Below are positions 1 to 12,768 of a stretch of DNA of 64,000 bases, piece after piece; position 1 is the stretch's first letter; each line of letters opens with the position of its first letter. The notes under the pieces were generated by a model that saw only the letters and a list, made by a program, of their open reading frames with translations, did no database searches and had not been told where the DNA came from. The DNA is from the human T2T-CHM13v2.0 reference genome, Homo sapiens. The stretch lies in NCBI RefSeq assembly GCF_009914755.1, contig NC_060934.1; one strand, given 5' to 3'. The position numbers and the translations under genes are program-made.

Positions 1-1764
1 GTTGTCCTTTCTTCCTCCCTGTGGGCTGTGAATCCAACTCGTCCTGGGAGCAGGGCGCTCTCGCCTTCTGTTCCTCTCCGAGCTCAGTGCACAGAAGCAT
101 TCTGCTTACCCAGCTGGGACTGCTGACTGCACCATCGAGCACGCAGGTTGCACTGTTCTCAGCAGCTACACTGGATTATATGCCGCCTTTCTTACTGACT
201 GATTATGAACTTAAAACAAATTCACTCTGCTGCTGTGAATTATACATTTATTTTTAAGCATTTATTTCAACTCGAGATGAGCGGTCTCTCCTGTAAATTT
301 CTCCCTGCTGGATCTTTGCTCTGGTTTCTGGTGACATAGTGTGAGTGCCGGCAGCCGCGAGCCTCAGAAGGAAAATTACAAAGGGAATACTCAGTAAATG
401 ATGTATTGCCTTTCGCATCAGTAGCCTGCTTGGAAATGTTCAAATTATCAGCCCAGGAGACTCCAGTGCTGTGGACATGGGTCTGAACGAATTGATCACC
501 TAGGGGCTACTGAGAACGCGGTGCTCTGTAAGTATCCATGGATGCACAGCGCAGACGCGGAAAGGGATCCCCAGAATGTTCCTTCTGTTGCTGGTTTAGA
601 TTGTGAGGAAAAAATGCATTTTCCATGAGTCTTTAACTTAGTATTAAATGTTGTTACTGGTTGATAATTTAGGAATGTCACAGCAGTTCTATTCCTTGTC
701 AACTCTGCTTGAGCCTCTCTCCCGGTTTCTAAAATGTAACATCCATTAGTTGGTGGGGTAACAGTTTGGTTCAAATGATTTTCTGCCTGTTTTATGTCTT
801 CATTAAATTGATACTTAACGTATAAGTAATCCCTCTTTCACCTAAAATAAAAGAGCTAAATTTTCTTTAAGCAAACAGAACACCCTTAGAATTTTGGACC
901 CGCACCCTTCAACTAACATGAAAATGTTAGATTCATTTTGGGAAATATTTTATATGGAAGCTGACTAACCAATGATTTGAAATGTCACAACACAAAATTG
1001 GAGGGGAGATTTTCTCTAGCTGCGTTTCTTTTCTCTCTCTCTCTTTTTTTAGAAGCATACTGCTTATAGTTTAAGACCATATCCTAGTGAATGAATAGCC
1101 CAAGTTCTCAGAGACTGTATATTTGATAAATGCTCAAATTGTTTTTAAATTGCTAATGCTCCCATGTGGGTAAGCTCAGATATATTATAGCTCACCTATG
1201 AATTGGTTTTGATACTTATGATGAGAACAGACTTCCTGCTGAGAATAAATATTAGATTTCATTCTATGTGGTACTTCGTTTAAATCAGTTTATCCCTGAA
1301 CCTTGGTTTCTTTCCTACAAAGTGAAGGAGGCCCTACAAGCTCTTGCACTGCACTCAGAGGAAGAGTCGTCCCTGGCACTGTAAGAATTCCACCAAGCCT
1401 CACTCACTTGGGCAACTGCCCAGAAGGGCTCAGCAGTGTTCAGACACCTCATGTCTCAGTAGGTGACCGTGCCCTTGGACAGGAAGCTACCACTCCAGGG
1501 CCGTGCTCTCTCCATTCAGAGTCATGGATAGTAGGAGAGTCTTTATAAATCTGAACTCTGCATGTACCATCATGAGTGGCTACAGTTCACTCTCAACATT
1601 TGCTGTATTTTGTTCACACTAAGAGAGAATATTTGGCTATTTCATATTAGAGAAACTAGGCTAAAACAACTAATCACGTTTTACCTGTAATGTGAAAGGG
1701 CTTCCATTACCTTCTAATCAACTTATGTTCCATCCCAGTTACTCTGTGTGCAGAGAGATCTGAG

Positions 1765-1793
1765 TGTGTGTGTGTGTGCATGTGTGTGTGTGT
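1765..1793. repeat. (TG)n microsatellite, interrupted
   Basis: Direct reading. Confidence 0.85.
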
Positions 1794-3247
1794 ACTATGT
1801 GTGGGACATCACATGGAAACCAGGGAAGGAATGCATTTATAGAAGTGGGAAGTTCTCAGGAAGTCTTCAGCTTTGGATCTGCTTTCACACTGAGCACTTG
1901 GTGTCAGTGTGCTGGAGAAAGGCTGATAGTAAGTAAAGTGTAGGCACGGCTAGGGCGCCGGAACTTTCCTTGCATAGTATTTTATCCCAGTCACGCACTG
2001 GGGGATTGTGGACATTTTGTCAGACCCCCATTTTAATGGAAATTTAAATCCTTCCACCCCCGGAATTGCTTCTTCGGGGCTGTTCAGTGCTGCTGTGTGG
2101 TTCAGTGGCCTGCCCTCGTCCCCAAGAGTGCCTCCTACTTCAAAACCCCAGGCCGACCCCCAGTACAGTGCACAGGCAGGGGCTGGCAGCTGCTCAGGTC
2201 CCCTGTTCCTGGAGGAAACTCCTCATAGAGGCAAATTAAGGATTATGCCCTCGCTTTTCTGACCTAGGGGTCTGCCATGGGATGATGACATGTTCTGGGA
2301 GATAACGTATGGGAAGGTTCTTAGTATTAGGAGCTGCGGAAACCAGGATGCTGTGGAAACCAGCCACATGTTAGCTGGGCAAACGTAAGAAAGCACGCTG
2401 TCATCTGGAGTAAGGGGCACTGGAAACATCACCGGGGCCCTATGGGTTGAGAAGGCTGTGGGCTCACCTGGTTTCTCCTCTCTCCCGTCCCTCATCAGTA
2501 AACCCCATGACCCTTTGGCAGCAGCAGGGGAGATGGCAGTGTTGCCTCTCGCCTGATCTCTGCAGGCTGGAGGGCTGTTCTGTCGCTGGCTCTGCTCGTA
2601 CTTGGTAGAGCACAGCCACTGCCTCGGGAGCACAGATCCAGGCCGTGCCGAGGCAGGACTGTGAGCCCCAGTTGTGGGGACCTCCGGGGCAGCCACGGTC
2701 TCAGCCGTCGCCCCCGCTGACAGCCAGAGCCTATGTGTCTGTGGAGGGAAGAGCAAAGCTGTCAGCATGAGTATGTGCATATTCAGCTGACCCTGGACTG
2801 CTCCTGCCTGTTTATTTCTGCTGTGACCTCAGGGTGCTGCGGGCATCGAGGGGGAACAAGGCCATCAGGAGGAAGTGGGCAAGGACAAAATTATTTCCGG
2901 GGAGTTTGTATAAAGGTGGTCATTTGCAGGGGAGCTGCCTAGGGAGGGGGCAGGGAAGACACTGCTGTTCAGGAGGAAGTCAGTAGTGGGGAGCACCCTC
3001 TATCTAATTCCAGGGGCCCTACCAATCAGAACAGGTGCCAAGGAAGGAAGATGCAGCAGTGCGTAGGTAGGCAGGAAAAGTCAGTGATACCAGAAGGATG
3101 GATACAGGAAGGGCCAGGGCCTGCTCCTGGCTGCTGGAGCCCTGCGTGGCACATGGCGCAGGCTCAGGCAGCCATGTCTGAATGGCTGAAAATGATCTGA
3201 TGAATGATGCAATGTCAATTGTCTTTGCAGTGTTTGGGAGTCACATA

Positions 3248-3249
<2 letters not shown>

Positions 3250-3287
<38 letters not shown>

Positions 3288-3559
3288 AGACAGGGTCTTG
3301 CTATGTTACCCAGGCTGGAGTGCAGTGGTGCGATCACGGCTCTTGACCTCCTGGGCTTAAGCAGTCTTCCCACCTCAGCCTCTCAAGTAGCTGGGACCAC
3401 AGGCGTGCACCACCATACCGGACTAATTATTTTTATTTTTTGTAAAGATGGGGTCTCACTTTGTCACCCAGGCGAGTCTTGAACTCCTGGCTCAAGTGAT
3501 CCCCCTGCCTTGGCTTCCCAAGATGCTGGGATTACAGGCATGAGCCACTGTGCCTGGCC
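3250..3559 (-). mobile_element. Alu, probably AluJ
   Basis: Poly-T then gagacagggtcttgct...gagccactgtgcctggcc; target-site duplication tgggagtcacatatc / tgggagtcatatgtc. Confidence 0.92.
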
Positions 3560-4544
3560 TGGGAGTCATATGTCTTATGGATGTTGGGTTTTGTGCCTCT
3601 GCAGATATGCATGCACAGATAGACCATTTACAGTGCTGAAGAGCAGAGTGGGCTGTGGCTCAGACACTGGGTTCAAATCCTGGCTTGTCACTTCCTTCCT
3701 GACCTCGGGAGGTGACTTGACTGCTGTAAGGTAGTATCCTCCTCATTGGTGATGAGAGACATAGCTGAGATGATTCTTATAAACCACTCAGCACACGCCT
3801 GCACGTGAGTGGGCCCCATAGAGTGTAGCTGCTGCTGTTGCGGCTGTTTCCCTCTCTGTGTTCTCCTAATCACACTGGGTGGTTGTCATTTTTTATTTCA
3901 CTGGGAAAAAAAAATTTAAGTCAGCTGTACTTTGGGAAAAGAGATGTTAAAAAATGTTTTCCAATACATTAAAAATATTAGCACTGTTGATTCTTTTAGA
4001 ATCATGCTGTCTAACTCTTACTTTGAAACTATACTCTGTTACATTCATCCTGGTGATACTGTTTAACAAAAAGGAAAAAGAAAAAAAAGAAAGTAGCATA
4101 ATAATATCCATAAACAGTTTTTAAGTGTGAAATAATCCTGAATAGCTAGAAAATTCAGAGGACATTTTGCACCATGCATTTGTGGCAGTTCACGCGCGGA
4201 CATCAGGCTCTGGAATTCTGCCAGTGTTTTAAAATTAGAACTAAAGAAATGCGCCCCAACTTAATTAGTATAAATGTTGCCGTGCAACTTCTAATAATGA
4301 GTGTAATTTGCAATACATGCTCACCATGTAATTTAGCACAATGGGGCCCGCAGACTGTAGGACTAGTGTTTAATCAAGAGAAATGATTAATACAGAAAGG
4401 AACAAAGTTTAGCAATTGGAAGCCTTTGCAGGGGCCTCATGGATGCCCATTCGGATGCTCCCATTTATATCACCCCATTGGCAACACCCCACCCATTCCC
4501 ACCCCAGCGCGTCTGCCAGGACCACAGAGAGGAAGCCATGTCAT

Positions 4545-4715
4545 CTACTTAGCTGTAGGACAATTTACACATGAGTGGGTGCCTCAGTTTCCTTCTCTGT
4601 AAAATGAAGGTGATAATGGTCCTAACCTCTTATTGTTGGGGGGATTAAATGGGTCAATGATGTGAAGCACTTAGAAAGGGCAAAATGTGCTGCGTGCAAC
4701 AAATGTTAGGTGTTA
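4545..4715 (+). mobile_element. MIR fragment
   Basis: Core gcctcagtttcc..tgtaaaatg..gataat..ggattaaatg..aagcacttagaa. Confidence 0.7.
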
Positions 4716-4841
4716 ATAACGATGATACTACCCTTATGATCATCTTTCAAGAGTCATTCTCCATGGGGATCTTGGATGCCAGGCTGAGGAGGGTGCCCTT
4801 CATCCCAAAGCGCAGTACATGTTGGTCCTGGGGTGATTTAT

Positions 4842-5795
4842 CTTTATTGAGGTAAAATTCACATAACATAAAATTCACCGTTTTGTACATTCACAGTGTT
4901 GGGCAGCCATCACCTCTACTTAGATACAACATATTTTCATCATCCAAAATGAAACCTGAACCCACTAAGCAATCAATCTCCATTTCCCCCTTCTCCCATG
5001 CTGGCAACCGCCAATCAGCTGTCCATCTGTATTGATTTACATATTCTGGATATTTTCCATAACCATCCAGTATGGGACCTTTTGTGTCTGGTTTCTTTCA
5101 TGTAGCATTTGTTTTGAGGTTCACCTGTTCGGTAGCATGTATCAATATTTCATTCCTTTTTAGGCTGAATCATATCTCATTGAGTTACTGTGTTTTGTTT
5201 ACTCATTCATCAGTGGATGAACTTAGGTTAGTTTCTGCCTTTTGGCTATGATGAATTATGTGCTATTACGATAATCATGGATGAGTTTTTCTTTGAACAC
5301 ATTTTCAGTTCTTTTGGATATATACCTAGGAGTGGAATTTAAACATCATTTTATGGTTAAATTTTGAGGAACCATTAAATCTTTCCGTGGTGGCTGCACC
5401 ATTTGAATTCTTACCAGCAATGTCTGGGGGTTCTAATTCTTCTACATCCGTGCCAACACTGGGCTTCCTTTTATTTTTTTCTAAATTATAGCCATCCTAA
5501 GAGATGTGAAGTGGAGTGTGATTATGGTTTGGGTTTGCATTTCTTTAATGAATAGTGATGGTGGGCATCTTTTCATGCACTTTCTGGCTGTTTGAATGAC
5601 TTCTTTGGAGAAGCGTCTATTCAAGTCCTTGGCCTGTTTTTTGGGTTTATTTGTCTTTTTGTTGTTGAGTTGTAAGAGTACTTTATGCATTCTGGCTACT
5701 ACGTCCTTACGACATAAATCATTTGAAAATACGTTTTCACATTCTGTAGGTCATCTTTTCACTTTGCTGACGCTGTCTTCTGATGCACAAAAGTC
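4842..5795 (-). mobile_element. Old L1 (L1M-type) 3' fragment
   Basis: L1M 3' end ctttattgaggtaaaattcacataac; ORF 5481..5690(-) LLQLNNKKTN..AKDLNRRFSKE resembles the L1 ORF2 C-terminus. Confidence 0.85.
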
Positions 5796-6327
5796 CTGAG
5801 ATGATTCTAGACAGAGACTGAGCATAGTGATGAAAAACATTGCATCATAAAGGGAAAGACTCCTTCCTCTCTTCGTTCTCTTCCACCCTTCCGTATACCC
5901 AGAGAGAAAGGCTCAGCTTGGTGCTGGTGTGGCCTTAACACCCATTCAATCCTTGCTCATCTACCTTTTTCACAAAGAGAGAACAGGCTCTAACCCAAGA
6001 GCCTTACACAGGGCCAGCCAGGAAATTCATAGTCTGTCTTCCCCATCTTCACTGGTGATACTCGGCCTCCTATTTATACTAATGACAAAGAGTTTTAACA
6101 TAATGTATTTGATGTCTGAAAAAATGGGTGAGTGATATGATAAGGCTTGTGAGGGTGCTAAGAGAATAGCAGAGTGTGAGAACTGCTGCTGGACACCTCT
6201 GGGCGTCCCCGAGCAGGTGACAGATGGGGGATGCCCAAGGACCCTCAGTCTGGTGATGGGATGTGGGGCAGAGGGAGGACGCTGGGCAGGCCGGCCATAA
6301 GCCAGCAGTTTACTGGAAATGTAATGG

Positions 6328-6721
6328 CTAAAACAATAGAGGTGTGTGGTCCCGCAGTTCCGGAGGCTGCAAGTCTGAAGCCAAGGCGTCGGCAGGGCTG
6401 TGCTCCCTTTCAAGGCTCTGGGAGGGATTCTTCCTTCCCTCCTCCAGAGTCCATTGGGTCCCGCAGTCCCTGGCATTCCCCAGCTTGTGGTTGCCTCCCT
6501 CCAGCTTCCACCTCCATCTTCATGTGGCCTTCCTCTCAGTATACATGTGTGTGCCACCTCCTCTTCTTATAAAGACACCAGTCATTGGATTAGGGTCCAC
6601 CCTAATCCATGATGACCTCATCTTAACTAACTACATCTGCAATGACCCTATTTCTAAATAAGGTCACATTCTGAGGTTCCAGATGGTCATGAATTTGGGG
6701 GACACTGTCAACCCCCAGTAC
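6328..6721 (-). mobile_element. MaLR LTR (MLT1-type)
   Basis: cagtt..ggaggctg.aagtc..aaggcgtcggcagggctg; gtcattggattagggtccaccc..atgacctcatcttaact..aaataaggtcacattctgagg. Confidence 0.8.
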
Positions 6722-8199
6722 TGCATTGTTTGCAGCTGGCTGATGACCCATTCCCACTGAAGGTCTTGAGGCATGACTGACACCACTGAGTTTCCCAAAA
6801 CCAACCTGGTGCATCCACTTTCACTCTGAAGTTCTGACCTAAATTGGCATTGGCACCATCAGGGTCCCTGGGTATTTCACAGAAGAGCGGGGAAGCAGAT
6901 TTTCACAGACAAGGTTCAACCTGAGCACAGGAATTGTACGCCTAATCACCTAATCAACTTGTAGGTGCCTCTCAGGTACTTAACGTTGACTTGAAAATCA
7001 TTGCTTAATTTAGGTCTGTTTCCTGTCTGAACTAAATAGAGTCCAGGAGGTTTATAGTCTTTCATGCTTGCTAAATTGTGTTTTACTTGGCTTCCAACTA
7101 AAAATGAGAGATCAAACTATACTTACGCTATGTTGATACAGAGTTCCGTCTTTATTGCAAACTTCACCACGTGGAGCTGGAAGACGTCTGAGTTCAGGGA
7201 TCATGTTTTTGTCTTTGTTTGCCTGACTCTGCCAGACCTGGGGTACAGCAGCAAGGAGACCCATAAACATTTGGGGGGATAAAAGAATAGAGAAAACATA
7301 GTCCGGGTGAATGAAGGGGCCTTTCCTGCACCCCAGAGATGGTGTCAAGTCCCACAAAAGACTCTTTTATACCAGAAGAAAAGTATTTCTGTCATGGCTC
7401 TGCCATAAAGTATTCTCTCTCCTCCTTCCAACCTCCCCATTGTCACTGAATTTCAAATAAAATGATACTCTTTGCTCAAAAACGACACCAGAGTTTGATA
7501 CAGCTCAAGTACAACTCCACGGCTCCTAGTCAGGTCAACTCTTATTTGACCTGAACATTGCTAAGCACAATTGAATAAACTCAAACTCTCACTGCCTATT
7601 TCCTATTTTCCCATTACCTGATTTTCTAGAAGATTGTGACATATATTTATTTTGAGGTTTCTCTCTCTCTCTTTTTTTTAAGTAACCAAGCAAGGGGTTC
7701 TCTCTCAAAAGACATACAATTCTGTGGCTCTACATTGATAAATATTTGAGGGGATGTGGCTGAGTGTTTATAGAGACCTGGGTGGGGGAAAAATACTGCT
7801 CAACTCCAACCTTTTTTCATAAACCTTTTGGCTAGTTCATTCACTCCTTGAACAAATATTTATGAAGCACTTATTTTAATGACGCAAGGGTTTTTCCAGG
7901 TAGGCCAGAATTAAAATTAAGTTCTGAGTGGAGATGTTTAGAATCCACAAACCACACAGTATTAACCTCTGTTAGTGCCAAAATAATCCATGGATATTAT
8001 TTGGGTAGGGGGAGGAGTTAAAGTAAATATTTCCAATGGATTTCTGGAATTTACAAAATGTGTGTCCATTTATCCTGAAAGGGGATGTTTGTCTGTTTCA
8101 ATAGAGCTTCCCATACTTGTCCCGATAAAATCTTACAATGTTTCAGAATAATTCCCACGTCTTATGAGCTATGACCCTGGAGATGTGGGTTTCTGAAGT

Positions 8200-8345
8200 C
8201 TGGTTGCTTTCACACTGCTGGGATTTGAATTCAGGCTCTGCCGTTTTACCAGCTGAGAAGCCTTAGGCAGATTACTTAACCTCTCTGATCCTCAGTGTGC
8301 ACAGCTGGAAGGCAGGCACCATGAGAGTCTTGTACTGTCTCAGAG
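8200..8345 (+). mobile_element. MIR fragment
   Basis: ttgaattcaggctctgcc..ttaggcagattacttaacctctctgatcctcag. Confidence 0.6.
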
Positions 8346-8789
8346 AGCTGCTTTGGGATCAGATGTGTTCTGTAGAGAAAGCGCCATGAAGACATCATGC
8401 CCTGATCAGCATCCGCATCTTGACTTTTGCTCATCTGTGCAACTTGCTCGGCTTCTGTACATGATTGTCTCTGAAATAAGAGGGCACCTTCTGCCTCACA
8501 CACCTTGTTCCTACATTGATAAACCCTCCTACATCCCAATACTGACTTAGGGATGGAACCCCGAGCTTCTCATCACACCTGCTGCTTACAGGGGTTGCAC
8601 TGGGGCTGGTAGTCAGCTTCCTCCAGGAAGAAGGCATCTCTCACCACTGGGGAGGCACAGGAGGCACCACGCCACGTGTGCCTGTCTGCAGAGTCCCCTG
8701 CCCAGGGTACATGCCCCTGGGAAAACTGCCCAAGGGAAACAGTGCATCCACCATCTCTGTCTGCAGCCCCGCTGGCTCGTCCGCCCTCG

Positions 8790-8850
8790 CCTCCCTCCCT
8801 CCCTTTCACCCTCCCTCCCTCTCTCCCTCATTCCCTCCCTCCCTCCCTCC
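8790..8850. repeat. (CCCT)n pyrimidine-rich tract
   Basis: Direct reading. Confidence 0.85.
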
Positions 8851-11108
8851 AGGTGCCTTTGCAGCCTCAGGGCATTCACACTGCACCTCTGGCCTCCTCC
8901 TGGAGCTTCTGGAAGGTGAGATAAAGTCCCTGGGATGCCAAGCTCTCTCTGGACCTGAAAAAGCCTCCCATCAAGGAGAGAAATCCTAGAGATGCTTAGC
9001 AAAAGTTTCAGTAGCCAGGGATAATGTCAAACAGCCAGTCCCGGGTTTCTAAACCCAGTTGATCAATATCCCCTTTATTCTAGTAGGTCAGGGGACTCTG
9101 GAGTTGGGGGTGGTATTTCCTGGGAGACAGCCAGCCTGGGCTAGTGGAGCATCCCGCCTTTGCTTTTGGTATGGGAAGGAGCCCGACACACCTGGTCTTT
9201 CTCAACTCCTGCAAGTCACGTCTTCCCAGAATCTACTGTGGTAATTCCGGCCAGGACTCAAGGATGTAAGAAGTAGGAGACGCAGGATCAGGGGCACAGA
9301 GCTGCCAGCCCTTTCTCAGAAGCACATCAGCTGAATAAATGCACCAAAGCCTCCAGGCATCCAGCCTGTGTCCTCATCCTGCCAGGGCCCCTGCTCCTCC
9401 TGTCACTGATGAATGCAGCCAGTCAGTCAATCAACAAACCTGCATGAATTCAGTGCCCAGTGCTAAGTCCCAGAAGTGACAGAGAGACAGAGAGAGGAGT
9501 CTCTGGTCTGGCTGGGGCTGGGTTACTTTGTTTCCTGCAAATCTTACCAGGAGTGCACCTTGTCAGTCAGGGGTTGCTTGGAAACTCAGTCCTGGAGGCC
9601 CGGCCAGCTACAGTGTCACCTCCAACATGGTGCTGGCTGTCACCGCAAGCCACAGAAGCACCTTTTCTCCTGGCAGCTGGGAGCTGCAGCATCCAGGAGG
9701 GGTCTCACTGTCCAGCAGCCTGCACATTCTGGAGGTTCATATCTTTGGGACTGAAAATTGGGGTCCCCTTTAAATTTCCGTCTCCTGCTCAGGAATGTCA
9801 GTGCATAATAAGAGAAATAAAATGGATTTTGTTGCCTTCTCGTTTGGTTGCCTTTGAGCCAACATATTTTAAAGTGTTTGTTTACATTCCAGAAAAGGGT
9901 AAAACATCAACGGCAGGTGAGCTTGATGTTCTGTTAATTCCTGAGAGATCAGGGATGTTTTCTTGTGTTCGTGAACAACTCGGGGAGAGCTGAAGGGTGC
10001 GGCAGGTTCTGTGAGACTTGGTCTCTGCTTCAGGGCACGGAGCTGACATTTGCAAAGGCCCCCTGTGTGCCAGCCAGTGCCAAGGGCATGCTTCTTCCCT
10101 GTGGAGCTTCCCCCGAGGTGCAGCGAGGTCACTATTGTGCCTGTTTTACTCTGAGCCGGAAAGAGCTGGCCCAGAGCTACACGGCTGGTGGACTGGAGCT
10201 CGGGTCGTCCTGAACTTGTGGCCCAGGCTCTTTGCAGTGCGTGTGCTGCAAAGGACAGCCCTGAAAGATGCTGAAAAGAATTCAGTCATTTAGGTTTTAA
10301 AACTTGGGCTTTCCCAGCTCCTTCATTGTTTAAATATCACCAATGAAATGGAGGAAATTTATTTAGCACATAATTGTAGTCTCGTTTCATATGAAGACAA
10401 CAACATTTCTCTCTTGTTTCTGAGTGGTGGCCTCACCCCCCTCCATGGCCAGGAGTCAGGGGGACATATGAGTCACCGTCCAAGCCCTGACCCTTATGAG
10501 AGAAAGCAGGCAAGACTGATAATTGCACTGAGCAATGACCATGAGCTGAGATGGTCTGGAACTCACAGGGGCACGTGGTCACCCTATTTATAGAACATCT
10601 TACAGTGATGAGGGCCATTCATTCATTCACTCACTCACTTATTCATCCCTCAAGTCCTTCTGGGCAGCCCCTGGGTGCCAGGCCCTTTGCTGGCCGTAAA
10701 CCAGGCCGACTTGTCCCCAGCCCTTCCAGCCTGGATACCTGAGTGGGGGTGGTTTGTAGCCCCTCTGTTCTCACACCAGAGATTACTTCCCATTTTATAG
10801 GTTGCCAAATGTACATGAGCGCCCACACACAGAAAATGGCAGAGCCCAGGGACTCTGAAGCCTGGTGGTTGAGGTATGCCCAGCCTTTGCTAAAGACAGC
10901 AGAGAATAGCTTGGCTTGGGGAATTGAAATTTTTTCTTGCCTGAGAAATATGAGAACTCCTCCCTTTGCCGGGGCACAGATCCCATCACCACCAGGTCAG
11001 GGAAGAGACCATGCGGTTCCCAGCCCAGTGCTCTCTGCCTTTTTCTCTCTCCTACTTCCTTCTCCTCTCAACTTTAGATCCCCAGCCACAACCGTCAAAC
11101 CCTGTTCC

Positions 11109-11452
<344 letters not shown>

Positions 11453-11974
11453 TTAAACCCTGGTTCCTTAAACAGCTGGTAACCCATCCATTAAGCGGAA
11501 GGCAGGCAGAAGGTTCGTGTCCCAGGAGCCACCCGTCTTCCTGAATTGCCACCCCTGTCCTAAGCATGACACTTCATTTGTACATACTTTGAGTTATAGT
11601 CTCCAGAATAATTAATTTTAATATTTATGGAAGAATCGATTCCGTGGGAAGAAAGCCAATTTCCTGAACATGGCATGCGGTTTAATGGGTAATTCTCTCT
11701 GTCATTCTAGGCAAGAAAAGTCCATTTGGGTGTTAAATTTCTTGGCTGGGGTAGAGATAACAGACCCACAGATTGTAAAATTCCAGGCTGGGACATGGGT
11801 GTGAGGATGACTTTTGGGAATTCAGATGAATCTTAGAATGCTAGTTCCTAATTAATCACTGTAACACGGCGAGTGAATGGAGAGGAAAAGCTATTTAAGA
11901 ACAAATGTTTGGGCATTGGTGAAGTGGTTACGTTTCTAGAGTGATCCTGCAAGGATACTGGTTGAGGTGACTGG

Positions 11975-12150
11975 GGGACCCCGGAGGAGGCGCGGGTTAG
12001 GAAGGTTCTGAGCGTGGCCTGGGCGCACCAGGCGGGTGCGCGGTAGACGTTCCTGTGGCTTACCCGACGGTGCCACCTTCTGGTCACCTCTGGCATAGCA
12101 CCCGGGCTTCAAGCTTGGCGCATGCGCGGAAGCGTCCCCGTAGCCCGACC
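11975..12150. promoter_or_regulatory. Intronic CpG-rich element with CTCF, NRF1 and ETS motifs
   Basis: Local CpG cluster; CCAGAAGGTGGCAC on - strand (12070-12083); GCGCATGCGC 12118-12127; CGGAAG 12127-12132. Confidence 0.55.
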
Positions 12151-12551
12151 CCATCCCTAATGCTTCCAAATTCAGGTGCTAAGTTGAGCCCATAAAATGC
12201 AAAGTTATAACACCATTTCACTAGAAATTCCTTTTAGGACACTCCTGTCACTCTATGCTTCCTCTATCTGTCCTGTTGGGCTGTGAGCATCCTAGGGGCT
12301 CCCCCCTCCACCCCAAGAGGGTGCCATGGCTGGTGCCCAGCCAAGCTCAGCAACTGTGGGTGCCTCACACGTGCCAGTTCACAGGCGGTGGCCTAAACAC
12401 CTGGAATGTGGCTGTCACTGTCCCCCTCCCACCAGCTCAGAGCAGAACCTGGGCCAGAGAGTCCACCTGTGTCCTCACCCATCCTAAGGGCGGAAACTGT
12501 CCCAAGATCAGAGAAGGGAAAAACCTCTAAGAGACAGATGACATGCCCAGG

Positions 12552-12768
12552 GTGACAAGATAGACAGCCCAGGTGTGAACCCAGGTCCACCTGTCTCCTG
12601 GCTCAGAGTGACAAGATTGTGAGCCTGGGTGTGAACCCAGGTCCACCTGTCTCCTGGCTCAGAGTGACAAGATTGTGAGCCCGGGTGTGAACCCAGGTCC
12701 ACCTGTCTCCTGGCTCAGAGTGACAAGATTGTGAGCCCAGGTGTGAATCCAGGTCCACCTGTCTCCTG
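12552..12768. repeat. 56-bp minisatellite, ~3.9 copies
   Basis: gtgtgaa recurs at 12573, 12629, 12685 and 12741. Confidence 0.93.

Noticed and set aside
12552-12768. Regular repeats resembling a CRISPR array (also 23795-23984)
   Set aside because: Head-to-tail units without unique spacers, no cas genes, eukaryotic intron.
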